DNA from: an uncultured virus (IMG/VR IMGVR_UViG_3300037467_001416)
Lineage: Duplodnaviria; Heunggongvirae; Uroviricota; Caudoviricetes
DNA length: 64,000 nt
Virus record (IMG/VR): IMGVR_UViG_3300037467_001416
Direction: 5' to 3' (one strand)
The notes below the pieces were generated by a model. It was not told where the DNA came from and did not search any database. It saw only the letters and a list, made by a program, of their open reading frames with translations. A program made the position numbers and the translations under genes. Positions 26,706 to 36,264 of this stretch are shown here, piece by piece (position 1 is the first letter of the stretch; each line of letters begins with the position of its first letter).

Positions 26706-27131
26706 ATGACGGTTCGTGAAAATATGATTCCCTCCGCGATGGTTCCCGGTCTGGTGACCATCGAGGACGAGAAGGGTCGTCGCCAGAACGTCTACCCGGT
26801 GGACGCCAAGGAGCTCATCAACTCGGGTGAGTACACGCTTGTCGAGAACGGTGCCGTCGAGGCGGCTCGCATCGCGGCAACGCCTCTGCGCTCCGGAATG
26901 GCGGCGGGTATCCCGAGCGATCAGATCGTCGCCGAGATCTCTGGCGTCGCCGGTCGCGTTGTGATGGCCGACAGTCCGAAGGAAGCCGACGCCGCCCAGA
27001 AGGCCGGCGAGAATGCTGACAACGTTCCGAACAAGAGCATCGTCGGCTCGGCGGCTCAGTCGGAAGACAAGAAGGCTGCGGAGTCAGGCAAGACCGGAGA
27101 CAACAAGTCGGGCGCCGCCGACAAGAAGTAA
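26706..27131 (+). CDS. Virion-associated hypothetical protein
   Basis: AAGGAG RBS; YPVDAKE motif; followed by a hairpin at about 27158-27195. Confidence 0.6.
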   Translation: MTVRENMIPSAMVPGLVTIEDEKGRRQNVYPVDAKELINSGEYTLVENGAVEAARIAATPLRSGMAAGIPSDQIVAEISGVAGRVVMADSPKEADAAQKAGENADNVPNKSIVGSAAQSEDKKAAESGKTGDNKSGAADKK

Positions 27132-27207
27132 TCGGTTCCGCCAGCCTGCGGAGCATGAGCGCCCGTCGCAGTCGTCGCGCTGCGGCGGGCGCTTCTCATA
27201 GAAGGGT

Positions 27208-27537
27208 TTGAGATACGTGCCGACCATCCCTCCTCCAGTAGATCAGAATGGGGACATCACCGTTCCGAGGAAGGGCGGACTCCTTATTCCTGTGCGGATG
27301 CAGGATGCTGACGGTAATCCCATCGACCTAACGAATGTTCCTTTACGGTTCGTTGCGGGAACTCGCGTCGATAAGATGCTTGAGGTAGACACGAGCTTCG
27401 CGGGCGGGAAGATGTTGACGCTCACAGAAGATGAGTGTAACGACTTCTCTACTCGCTGGACTTCGTTCAGCCTCCTGGATGTGACGACTACTCCCGGTGT
27501 GGAAGTCTGGCCGGGGAAGATCAGGAGGGCATCGTGA
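27208..27537 (+). CDS. Structural hypothetical protein (Ig/BppU-like)
   Basis: DADGNPIDLT motif; beta-rich. Confidence 0.5.
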   Translation: MRYVPTIPPPVDQNGDITVPRKGGLLIPVRMQDADGNPIDLTNVPLRFVAGTRVDKMLEVDTSFAGGKMLTLTEDECNDFSTRWTSFSLLDVTTTPGVEVWPGKIRRAS

Positions 27538-27887
27538 CAGACGCAGTCATACTGCGTCGAGAGTCTATCGTCACCCTTGTACGTGGCGACAATCGCCCTG
27601 TGGTGAATCAGGTCGAGGCTTCTATCGTTGTCGTGAAGCGTGACGGGGTACCGGGAATTCCCGGTCCTCAGGGTCCAGAGGGAAACGGTGTACAGACGAC
27701 GTTTCAGTTCAGTCAGCCCTCGGCTAATCAGATCTGGAATATCTCGCACAACCTGAATCGCTACCCATCAGTCACTGTCGTCGACAATGCCGGTCGCAGT
27801 GTTCTCTCTGAGACTACGTACTTGGATCCTAACTTGTTGAGACTCGAGTTTGACATTCCGATGTCAGGCATCGCGTACTTGAACTGA
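27534..27887 (+). CDS. Fibre-associated protein with short collagen stretch
   Basis: GVPGIPGPQGPEG, then WNISHNLNRYPSVTVVD. Confidence 0.65.
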   Translation: MTDAVILRRESIVTLVRGDNRPVVNQVEASIVVVKRDGVPGIPGPQGPEGNGVQTTFQFSQPSANQIWNISHNLNRYPSVTVVDNAGRSVLSETTYLDPNLLRLEFDIPMSGIAYLN

Positions 27888-27900
27888 GGAGTCACTGACC

Positions 27901-28989
27901 ATGAAGATGGTTGTCAATCTAGACCTCTCGAAGCTTCAGCTTCAGAACGCGGCTCTGCATCCGCTCTCGTCTGCTCCGGGAACTCCTGTCGCGGGCCAGA
28001 TGTACTACGACACTGCGCTCGGCGCTCCGCGTTGGTACGACGGTGCGTCGTGGACGAATAAGGCCACAGACTCCGCTCTTCTCGGCGGTAGCTCGCTCGC
28101 CACAGTTCTCAGTCGCGCCAATCACACTGGCACTCAGCTCTCAACCACGATCAGTGATCTCGCCACGACGGTTCAGGGCTACTCGCTGAGCAGCTTCGCT
28201 GTCCCCACGGCTGACGTGAGCTGGAATAGCAAGAAGATCACCAATCTCGCGGATCCTACCAACCCTCAGGACGCGGCTACGATGTCGTACGTCCAGACGC
28301 AGGTGAACAACGCTGCGGCTGGTATCGACGCGAAGGCCTCTGTCCGTTTGGCCTCGACGGCGAATCTCACGCTGTCTGGCTTGAGTGCGATTGACGGTGT
28401 CACTCCCGTCGCCGGCGATCGCATTCTTGCCAAGAATCAGACCACTGCCTCGGCAAACGGCGTCTATGTCGCTGCGGCTGGTGCGTGGACTCGTGCCTCG
28501 GACGCAGACAGCAACAACGAGATGACTCCGGGCGCCTTCTGGTACGTCGAGGAAGGTACTGCGAACGGTAAGACGCAGTGGCGTCTCGAGAATACCGGAG
28601 GCATTGTCCTCGGTACCACAGCGCTCTCGATCAATCAGTTCGGTGGTGCCGGAGTCACCTACACCGCTGGTAACGGTATCACGCTCGGCGGGAATGCTAT
28701 CACAGTCGTGGCGGCTGCGGGCGGTGGCATCAGTGTCGCGGCTGGTGGCGTCTCCGTCGACACCGCCATCGTCGCACGGAAATTCAGTGCAGACATCGGT
28801 GACGGTACGAGCGCGACGCTAACCGTCACGCACAATCTGGGAACGCAGGACGTCCATGTCTCTGTTCGGGAGAAGGCGACGAACGCGATGGTAATTGCAG
28901 ACGTCGTCGCCAACGGAGTCAACACGGTGCAGGTCACCTTCGCCGTCGCCCCTACTGCGAACTCCTACCGCGTCACCGTCATCGCTTAA
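27901..28989 (+). CDS. Fibre/appendage protein
   Basis: KITNLADPTNPQDAATMSYV and KASVRLASTANLTLSG...IDGVT..AGDRILAKNQT...NGVY fibre motifs; C-terminal VTHNLGT domain. Confidence 0.75.
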   Translation: MKMVVNLDLSKLQLQNAALHPLSSAPGTPVAGQMYYDTALGAPRWYDGASWTNKATDSALLGGSSLATVLSRANHTGTQLSTTISDLATTVQGYSLSSFAVPTADVSWNSKKITNLADPTNPQDAATMSYVQTQVNNAAAGIDAKASVRLASTANLTLSGLSAIDGVTPVAGDRILAKNQTTASANGVYVAAAGAWTRASDADSNNEMTPGAFWYVEEGTANGKTQWRLENTGGIVLGTTALSINQFGGAGVTYTAGNGITLGGNAITVVAAAGGGISVAAGGVSVDTAIVARKFSADIGDGTSATLTVTHNLGTQDVHVSVREKATNAMVIADVVANGVNTVQVTFAVAPTANSYRVTVIA

Positions 28990-28998
28990 GGAGGTCTC

Positions 28999-29424
28999 GT
29001 GAAGGTCGTAGGACCAGACCTCCAGAGACAGAGCGACAGCTTCAGTGCCTTCGCCGGAGATCTCGTGGCTCTGGTCTTCGAGCTTAACGGAGGCGGTGCG
29101 GTTATCGCAGATGCTCTAGCGGCCGATCTTCCTGATCTCCCGTTCGCGGGAACTATTCAGCGATGGACCATCGTCGGAGACGTGACTGGAAGTATCACAA
29201 TCGATGTACAGAAATGCACCTACGCGGGTTTTCCCACGTTCAGCAGCGTGGCAGGCACCGCCAAGCCTAGTCTGAGCGGCGCTCAGAAGGCTCAGAACAC
29301 GTCCCTGACGGGTTGGGGCAGCACAGGGCTGGCGCAGGGTGACCTCCTTCGAGCGGTGGTCTCAGGGGCCGCTACAAACATCAAGCGGGCGACTGTGACC
29401 CTCTGGGTCAAGAGGTCTAGCTGA
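28999..29424 (+). CDS. Virion structural protein
   Basis: AAGGAGG RBS; beta-sandwich-like. Confidence 0.55.
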   Translation: MKVVGPDLQRQSDSFSAFAGDLVALVFELNGGGAVIADALAADLPDLPFAGTIQRWTIVGDVTGSITIDVQKCTYAGFPTFSSVAGTAKPSLSGAQKAQNTSLTGWGSTGLAQGDLLRAVVSGAATNIKRATVTLWVKRSS

Positions 29425-30749
29425 TGGCGAACTGGTATGTCTGGAGTGGTGCGACTGGTACGGGTGACGGGACGAGTTGGACCAACGCCTTCACTCTTCT
29501 GACGTCTGCGACTGCGAATGCCGCTGCTGCGGCTGGAGACACCTACTTCGTTGCTCACGATCACGTTGAGAATAATCCGGCAACTTCTCTGGACTTCAAG
29601 GGAACCGCCAACGTCCCTGATCGTGTCTTCTGCGTAGATCGCGGCGGCAGCGTCCCGCCTGTAGATGCAGATCTTCGTACGACTGCTGTCATTAATCTTA
29701 CAGCTACTGTGAATGTAGGTTCTAGCGGAGCGGTTAACTACTTCTACGGCATTATCTTCAACGTCGGTGTTGGATCTGCAGTCGCTACCAGATTAACGCT
29801 TCCAGGTGGAGCAGCGGGATTCCGCACCTTTGAGAGATGTCAATTCAATCTTAAGCACACGGCCATTAACGCCGGATTCTTCCCGGGAGGCTACATTCTG
29901 GAGCTACTGAATTGCTCAGTGTCTAGTGATCAGTCGACTACCGCGATGTGGGTTCTACAGACTATCAAGTTCCGCATTAGGAACGATCCCGGGGTCTCTT
30001 TCTTTCCTGGTGGAATTATCATTGGTGGCGGGGGTATGCTCTTCGCCACTCTCACTCAAACATATCTTGAGTTTATCGGGGTTGACTTCACTCCTCTGGG
30101 ATCTAGCGCCATGTTTCAGAACGGAAGCGGCTATCGCGCGCTTCTGCATGGTTGTAAGCTCCCATCCCCTTTCTTCTGGCATTGGGGAGTCAACACAACG
30201 GCGATGCGATTCGAGATGTTGAACTGTTACGAGGGTACGAACTTCGTTCGCAGCAGACTCCAAGAGCAGGGTGCCATTCTAGACACTGAGAATTCGGTAG
30301 TGAGATCAGGAGGCGCTTCCGACGGCACTACTCCCTACTCCTGGAAGATCACCGGTGCGACGTACAATACGCCGACTAGGCCATTTCAGACTTACGACGG
30401 GGTTGTGTGGAATGACTATGTCGGTGTTACAAAGACTCTCACCGTCCACGTTCTTACCGACGGTGTGACTCTTAATAACAATGACATCTGGGTTGAGGCC
30501 GAGTACTTTGGTACGAGTGGCTCATACATCCCTAATTTCGTATCTGACGCTCCCGTGTCTCTTCTAGCTACCGTCTCGGCTCAGGACGCTGACGCGGCGA
30601 CCTGGAATACTTCAGGTCTGGCTTCTCCCGTAGCGCAGAAGCTAGTAGTTCAGTTCACACCCTGGATGACAGGGCTTATTCGCTGGAGGGTCAAGTATGC
30701 GAAGTCAAGCGGAGTAGTCTACGTAGATCCTCTCGCTGATATTACTTAG
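29424..30749 (+). CDS. Beta-helix-like virion protein, possible receptor-binding protein
   Basis: GATGTGDGTSWTNAF N-terminal motif typical of right-handed beta-helix proteins. Confidence 0.55.
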   Translation: MANWYVWSGATGTGDGTSWTNAFTLLTSATANAAAAAGDTYFVAHDHVENNPATSLDFKGTANVPDRVFCVDRGGSVPPVDADLRTTAVINLTATVNVGSSGAVNYFYGIIFNVGVGSAVATRLTLPGGAAGFRTFERCQFNLKHTAINAGFFPGGYILELLNCSVSSDQSTTAMWVLQTIKFRIRNDPGVSFFPGGIIIGGGGMLFATLTQTYLEFIGVDFTPLGSSAMFQNGSGYRALLHGCKLPSPFFWHWGVNTTAMRFEMLNCYEGTNFVRSRLQEQGAILDTENSVVRSGGASDGTTPYSWKITGATYNTPTRPFQTYDGVVWNDYVGVTKTLTVHVLTDGVTLNNNDIWVEAEYFGTSGSYIPNFVSDAPVSLLATVSAQDADAATWNTSGLASPVAQKLVVQFTPWMTGLIRWRVKYAKSSGVVYVDPLADIT

Positions 30750-30758
30750 GACAAGATC

Positions 30759-31916
30759 GTGCCTAAGTTTAAGATCATAACTTCTGGTTCTACGTTCTCG
30801 GTCCCGAACGACTGGAACAATTCCAACAACGTCGTCCACTGCATCGGAGCCGGTGCGAATGGTAGCGCCGGAACGGGCACAGGTTCTGGAACGATCGCCG
30901 CGGGTGGAGGCGGCGGAGCCTACGCTCGCAAGGCAAATGTTGCTCTCACTGCTGGAGGAACGGCCTCCTGTCAGATCGGTGTAGTAGGTGGGACAGTCAC
31001 GGTTCCCGGAGGAACAGCTCACACTTGGGTCACCTCCAACACGACGGTACGCGCGGCTGGTACTGCCTCCCAGACCGGAGCTACTACTGCTAACTCGATA
31101 GGCGATCAAACTTACGCTGGTGGTTCGGGAGCAGGCTCTGGCTCTGGTGGAGGCGGAGGAGCGGCTGGACCTTCCGGCGCTGGTGCGACAGCGACCACTT
31201 CTACAGGTGGCACAGGAAACAACGGTACCGTTCCAGCCGCTACTAACGGAACGTTCTGGACAGATACTTCTACGAGCGCTCAAGCTGGTGCGGGAGGCGG
31301 AGGTAACGCGGCGACCTCACAGGGACCGGGCGGAGCAGCGGGACTGTACGGAGGAGGTGGAGGAGGCGGGAGAAAATCTGGCAATGCTGGAGGCGCGGGT
31401 CGGGCAGGTCTCATAATTCTTGAGTGGACTCCTGCGGTTGCTCTTCAGACCCTCGGTTGGACTTCTGGAGGCAGCGTTCCAGAGACAGCAGCGCCAGGAA
31501 TTCTAGTTGGTACGATAACGTCCACTGATCCGGCTTCTTCGCTAGCCTTGACGGACAGCGCGGGCGGACGATTTACTCTCTCCTTAATCTCTGGCCAGAG
31601 CTATGGAGTGTATCTCGCAGCCGGTGCTGGTCTGGACTACGAGACAACGACCAGCTACAATATTCAGGTAACTGAAACTCTCTCGGGTGCTTCGGGTTCT
31701 CCGAAGATTTCCACTCTGACAGTTACAGTCCTTAACGTGACTGAAGGCACCCTTACACCAGTCACTCGCGTCTACGTCACTCCCGACGGATACCTAGTGT
31801 CCGAAATCTCTGGTGTTAGAACTTTTGTCGAGCCGGGAGGAATGGCTGTGAGTACAGTAGTCCCAACGTCCGCACCACAGGCTTCGCCCTTCGGCCGCGC
31901 CTACATCGTAGGCTAG
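30759..31916 (+). CDS. Gly-rich fibre protein with cadherin-like domain
   Basis: GAGANG/GGGGGAY Gly-rich repeats; SVPETAAPG..VGTI...DP...LDYETTTSYNIQVT cadherin signature. Confidence 0.7.
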   Translation: MPKFKIITSGSTFSVPNDWNNSNNVVHCIGAGANGSAGTGTGSGTIAAGGGGGAYARKANVALTAGGTASCQIGVVGGTVTVPGGTAHTWVTSNTTVRAAGTASQTGATTANSIGDQTYAGGSGAGSGSGGGGGAAGPSGAGATATTSTGGTGNNGTVPAATNGTFWTDTSTSAQAGAGGGGNAATSQGPGGAAGLYGGGGGGGRKSGNAGGAGRAGLIILEWTPAVALQTLGWTSGGSVPETAAPGILVGTITSTDPASSLALTDSAGGRFTLSLISGQSYGVYLAAGAGLDYETTTSYNIQVTETLSGASGSPKISTLTVTVLNVTEGTLTPVTRVYVTPDGYLVSEISGVRTFVEPGGMAVSTVVPTSAPQASPFGRAYIVG

Positions 31917-31960
31917 TCAAGAGACCCCTCTAGTGCTATGTTCGTGTAAAGGAGTTTGAG

Positions 31961-32488
31961 ATGGTCGATCTGGTAGTGGAGGATGGCTCTGGTCTCGCCG
32001 ACTCGAACTCCTACGTCTCTGAGGCAGAGGCAGATGACTATTTCGCCAGTCACCCTTTCTACTCGGACAACTGGTCTGATCTCGGAGAGCCAGATCGGGC
32101 TAACCTTCTCGTTGCCGCTACTGCTCAGCTAGACACTCTCATCAGATGGCGTGGAGTCATCAAGAGTTCTACTCAGGCGCTCGGCTGGCCTCGCTCTCTC
32201 GTCGTAGATGATGAGGGGCGTCTCATCTCCGACAGCGTGGTTCCGAAGAAGGTTAAGATCGCAACTTTTGAGATGGCTGTATTCGCCAGTCGAGGAGATC
32301 CTTTCGCAGCTCCCTCCTCGACTGGCGTGGACCGCGTCAAAGTAGATGTCATAGAGATTCAGTTTTCCAGTGCCCAAAATGGAGGCTCTAGGGTAAACGC
32401 GCCCGTACCAGCCGCCGCTTTGCTGGCGCTGCGCGGCCTCGGAGAATACACGTTAGGCACCCGAGTACGTAAGGTCATAGTAGGTTAG
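31961..32488 (+). CDS. Head-tail adaptor
   Basis: LVVEDGSGLADSNSYVSEAEADDYF...QALGWPR...VKVDVIEIQF. Confidence 0.8.
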   Translation: MVDLVVEDGSGLADSNSYVSEAEADDYFASHPFYSDNWSDLGEPDRANLLVAATAQLDTLIRWRGVIKSSTQALGWPRSLVVDDEGRLISDSVVPKKVKIATFEMAVFASRGDPFAAPSSTGVDRVKVDVIEIQFSSAQNGGSRVNAPVPAAALLALRGLGEYTLGTRVRKVIVG

Positions 32489-32860
32489 ATGAAGGGCCTC
32501 AGAGATATTGTCTCGAGTAGTGTCGAGACCGCCTTCTCCGTCGCGGAGGAGCTAGTCAGGACTGGTACTTACACGAGTAAGACCGGTAACGGATCTTACG
32601 ATCCTGTAACGGACACGAAGTCGGATACTACGACTACTCTCACGGGAGTTCGTTTTCTACCTTCTGCCATCACGTTGCAGGAGCGAGAAGCTTCGCCGGT
32701 CTCGGTACTAGACTCGAAGTTCTTAGTTCCTGCGGTAGATCTTGGGGAGCTGACGCCCACTGAGAATGACTCTATCGTCATGGAGACTGGCGAGCGTTGG
32801 AACGTTCTCATGTCAAAGCCTATTCCTGAATTGTACATCATCTTCGCGAGGCGCGCATGA
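32489..32860 (+). CDS. Head closure protein
   Basis: GSYDPVTD motif, size and position. Confidence 0.65.
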   Translation: MKGLRDIVSSSVETAFSVAEELVRTGTYTSKTGNGSYDPVTDTKSDTTTTLTGVRFLPSAITLQEREASPVSVLDSKFLVPAVDLGELTPTENDSIVMETGERWNVLMSKPIPELYIIFARRA

Positions 32861-33384
32861 CCGCGCAGGCTATGATGAGATCAAAGTTTCGTAGACCCCG
32901 AGGATTCTCAAATCTCGGCAAGGAAGCGGTGCGGGACATACGTGAGACGCTTGTTGCGCGGCTGACGGTCGGCCTTACCGATATGCAGAAGTCCATCCTC
33001 GAGACACCCGTCTACACCGGTCGCACCCTCGTTAACTTTCGTTGGAGTCTTGGGTCGCCGAACACGTCCACTCGTGGAGCCGTCGTAGATCCTGCTCTTC
33101 CCGGTAAGACCAGCGATCTTCCTCTCGGAAGCGAGCCTAGACGCCGTGCCAACGCCCAGAAGGTTCAGGAAGAGTTCGAGATTCTTCTCAGCTCTGTGAG
33201 AGCCAACCCGTTTCAGAGCATCTACCTCAACAACAATCTAGCTCACTTCAGCGATGTCGAGTACGGGACCTATGCAACAGCGGATCACAAGTCTCGTACG
33301 CCGCCGAGCGGTATGACTAGGCGAGGAGAGACTCTCCTACAGTACTCCATGATGGGATTTATCAAGCGTGTCGAAGGAAACTGA
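32857..33384 (+). CDS. Neck/tail-completion protein (HK97 gp10-like)
   Basis: TPVYTGRTLVNF...IYLNNNLAH...VEYG...PSGM. Confidence 0.7.
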   Translation: MTAQAMMRSKFRRPRGFSNLGKEAVRDIRETLVARLTVGLTDMQKSILETPVYTGRTLVNFRWSLGSPNTSTRGAVVDPALPGKTSDLPLGSEPRRRANAQKVQEEFEILLSSVRANPFQSIYLNNNLAHFSDVEYGTYATADHKSRTPPSGMTRRGETLLQYSMMGFIKRVEGN

Positions 33385-33814
33385 ACGCAAAGCCGTCGCA
33401 GCGCATTTTAAGACGCTAGCTGAGCCCGACGTTGGACAACAGATCGCGTGGCCGAACCAGTCCTTCGAGACTCCGTCTTCTACCCTCTTCTGTGTGTACA
33501 ATCTCGTGGAGAGAGGAGTCATTCGTCACGGAGTCGGTCGCACTTTCTTCAAGCGACATCTTGGTACCATGCAGATCGACATCTACACTCCACAGGATCA
33601 AGGCACTACGAGATCACGACAGCTTGCCGATAGGTGGGCTGATGCCTACGAGATGCTGGAGATTCTCACTGACGATGGTGAGCTAATTAAGTTTCAGACC
33701 CCGTCCAGTCGCGTTCTCGCAACAAACGAAGTTCGCGCTGCGAACCTTGACGATAACTGGGATCGCTACGTGTTCGAAGCCCCGTTTTATCGGGATCAGT
33801 TAGTCGAAAAATAA
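33368..33814 (+). CDS. Tail terminator
   Basis: IAWPNQSFETP...GTMQIDIYTP..QGT; position before the tail tube gene. Confidence 0.7.
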   Translation: MSKETERKAVAAHFKTLAEPDVGQQIAWPNQSFETPSSTLFCVYNLVERGVIRHGVGRTFFKRHLGTMQIDIYTPQDQGTTRSRQLADRWADAYEMLEILTDDGELIKFQTPSSRVLATNEVRAANLDDNWDRYVFEAPFYRDQLVEK

Positions 33815-33871
33815 CGCTTGTATCTCTCCACGTTTGGAGGTATGGCATAGCAAAGTCAGGAGGCCTTACTG

Positions 33872-35377
33872 ATGGACAGTAATCGGACCGCACTCCGGGT
33901 CGCCAAGGAAACTTCCTTCGGTGTTGCCCCAGCGAATCCCGTGTACAAGGAAGTGCGTCGCACATCCGATGCGTTGAGCTTCACACCGACTAACGAAGTG
34001 TCGGCGGAGATCGATCCGACTCGTCAGATCAACGACCTCATCAACACCGGCCGAGATGCCGGTGGCGACATGGCGATGGAGCACTCCATCGAGAACATGG
34101 ACGTGTTCCTCGAGGGTCTCTTCTGCAACAACTGGCTTCGCACTCCCGAGGTTGCCAATGGCGCTCACTGGGAGTATGGTGCGAGCGCAACTCGCATCTC
34201 GTCCGTCTCAGCCACGGCCATCACCCTCGCAGCGAGTTCGGTCCTCGCCGGTTCACAGAATAACGCGACTGGTACGGCCTTCGTCGCCAACATGCTTATT
34301 CGCAATACCGGATACGGCGTTGCTGCGAATAACGGTCTCTTCCCCATCACCGGCAACACTGCTACGACTATCGTCGGCACCTTCACGGTCGAGGCCTCTC
34401 CTCCAGCGACTGCTCGTACTAAGGTCGTCGGTTTTCAGGGTGCTAGCGGAGACATCGTCGCCACCATCACCGGCGGATCTGCTCTCACCTCGACGACTCT
34501 GAACTTCACCACGCTCGGTCTTATCGTTGGTCAGTGGGTGAAGATCTCCAACGAGGGCGGAAACTATTCGTTCGGCACTGCGGCGAACAATGGTTTCGCT
34601 CGCATCAGCGCCATCGCTGCTAATCGTCTCAGCTTCGACATCACGCAGGGCGTCTTCACGGCCGATACGGGTACCGGCAAGACGATTCGTGTCTACTACG
34701 GTGACACTATTCGCACGGGAACTTCGCAGTTCACGTATCGTGTCGAGAAGGAGTACACCCTCGCGGCTGGTCAGCGCTGGTCGTACGCCTCTGGTCAGCA
34801 GCCCTCGGCCTTCAGCCTCACGGCAGAAACTCGCGGTGTCGTGACCTCGACTCTGACCTGGATGGGTGCTGATCTCTCTGCTCCGTCCGCCACTCGTGAC
34901 GCGGGTGCTGCGACTGAGGCAATCAGCACGAATTCCGTGCTGGACGCTTCTAATTCCGTCCCCATGATCATGGAAGCCGGTGCCCCGATGGGTGCTCCGA
35001 ACTATGTCAGCGGTTTCGCGTTCACGCTCGACAATGGTCTTCGTGCTCGCAATGGGATCGGTTCGGCCGGGGCGGTTGGTCTGGGTCTAGGTCGTGCAGC
35101 TATCACCGGGACGCTTACCACTTACTTTGGTGACGAGACGCTTCTCAACAAGCTGCGGAACACCACGGCTTCGGGCGTGACGATCGCCTTCCGTGACGCC
35201 GCCAATAATTGTGCAGAGGTCTGGGACATTCCTCGTCTCAAGTACACTTCTGGTTTCCCGGAAGTTCCGGGCATCGACACAGATCTCACGACGCCGCTTG
35301 GCTTCCAGGCGCTTCGTGACATTGCAAATTCTCGCGACTATACTCTCCTTCTGTCTCGGTTCGACTACTGTCTCTAA
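33872..35377 (+). CDS. Major tail tube protein
   Basis: 501 aa; SNRTALRVAKETSFGVAP...SAEIDPTRQ...ITGTLTTYF...DIPRLKY. Confidence 0.85.
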   Translation: MDSNRTALRVAKETSFGVAPANPVYKEVRRTSDALSFTPTNEVSAEIDPTRQINDLINTGRDAGGDMAMEHSIENMDVFLEGLFCNNWLRTPEVANGAHWEYGASATRISSVSATAITLAASSVLAGSQNNATGTAFVANMLIRNTGYGVAANNGLFPITGNTATTIVGTFTVEASPPATARTKVVGFQGASGDIVATITGGSALTSTTLNFTTLGLIVGQWVKISNEGGNYSFGTAANNGFARISAIAANRLSFDITQGVFTADTGTGKTIRVYYGDTIRTGTSQFTYRVEKEYTLAAGQRWSYASGQQPSAFSLTAETRGVVTSTLTWMGADLSAPSATRDAGAATEAISTNSVLDASNSVPMIMEAGAPMGAPNYVSGFAFTLDNGLRARNGIGSAGAVGLGLGRAAITGTLTTYFGDETLLNKLRNTTASGVTIAFRDAANNCAEVWDIPRLKYTSGFPEVPGIDTDLTTPLGFQALRDIANSRDYTLLLSRFDYCL

Positions 35378-35410
35378 GGTACTTGTCAACCGAACACGGA
35401 GCGCATAAGG

Positions 35411-35450
35411 TTTAGGTCAGCTCGTCTCCTCCTGAGCGAGCTGACCTAAA
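35411..35450. terminator. 14-bp perfect inverted repeat after the tail tube gene
   Basis: TTTAGGTCAGCTCG / CGAGCTGACCTAAA. Confidence 0.6.
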
Positions 35451-35470
35451 GATAGACTGAAAGAGAAGGA

Positions 35471-35884
35471 ATGCTCATGGCTGGTTTTCTAGATCGCTAC
35501 AACACGGACCGGAGTCTCGAAGAGTCCGGTGTCTGGGTAGATTTCGGCGACGGTCTCAAGGTACAGGTTCGTCGGCTCACCTCCAAGGCTTCGCGCGAGT
35601 ATCGCCGCAAGCTCGAGAAGCCTTACATCGCACAGTTTCGTAATCGCGAGATGCCCGACTCTCTTCAGGAGCAGCTCCTGAATAAGCAGGTCGCCGGCTC
35701 CGTCATTGTCGGCTGGGAGGGTGTTCCGAACCCAGACAATCCCAAGGAAGAGTTCCCATTCAGCGAAGAGAATGCTCTCGCAATGGTCGAGCGCTTTCCG
35801 GACTTCCGTGACGACGTCCTCACGGCGGCGATGGAACGCACCACGTTCGAGAAGGAACAGCGGGAGAACGCTAGAAAAAACTAG
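35471..35884 (+). CDS. Tail assembly chaperone (lambda G-like)
   Basis: LEESGVWVDFG...IVGWEGV...FSEENA; ends in slippery A-AAA-AAC before TAG. Confidence 0.8.
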   Translation: MLMAGFLDRYNTDRSLEESGVWVDFGDGLKVQVRRLTSKASREYRRKLEKPYIAQFRNREMPDSLQEQLLNKQVAGSVIVGWEGVPNPDNPKEEFPFSEENALAMVERFPDFRDDVLTAAMERTTFEKEQRENARKN

Positions 35885-36264
35885 AGGAGCTCCTCAAGTG
35901 GGAGCTCAAGCCCAAGCCTGACTTGGAAAAGATGGAGGAAGACATACTGGCGAGAGGTGAGGACCCCTCGCTCTTCCCCGTACTAAACAGCAAGCCTGAG
36001 ATGTTCCGGGACTTGCAGTGGATATGGGAAGGTTTTATGTGTCTATCTACTTCTCGTCAGTACGGCATGGGCTCCCCCCAACCTATCTCCGTCAGCGACA
36101 TCACAGCCTATTGTCTCTTCCGCGATATTCACGACGCAGACGACAGAGATGACTTCATGTACCACGTCCAGCGACTCGACGCGGTCTTCATGAAGGACTG
36201 GGGTACGAAACAGAAGAATAAGGATAATACTCAGGGTCAACCTCCGGCGAGGCTTGGTGGCTAA
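35881..36264 (+). CDS. Tail assembly chaperone frameshift extension (T-like)
   Basis: -1 frame open from 35881; WEGFMCLSTSRQYGMG.PQPI...LDAVF. Confidence 0.75.
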   Translation, partial: LEELLKWELKPKPDLEKMEEDILARGEDPSLFPVLNSKPEMFRDLQWIWEGFMCLSTSRQYGMGSPQPISVSDITAYCLFRDIHDADDRDDFMYHVQRLDAVFMKDWGTKQKNKDNTQGQPPARLGG

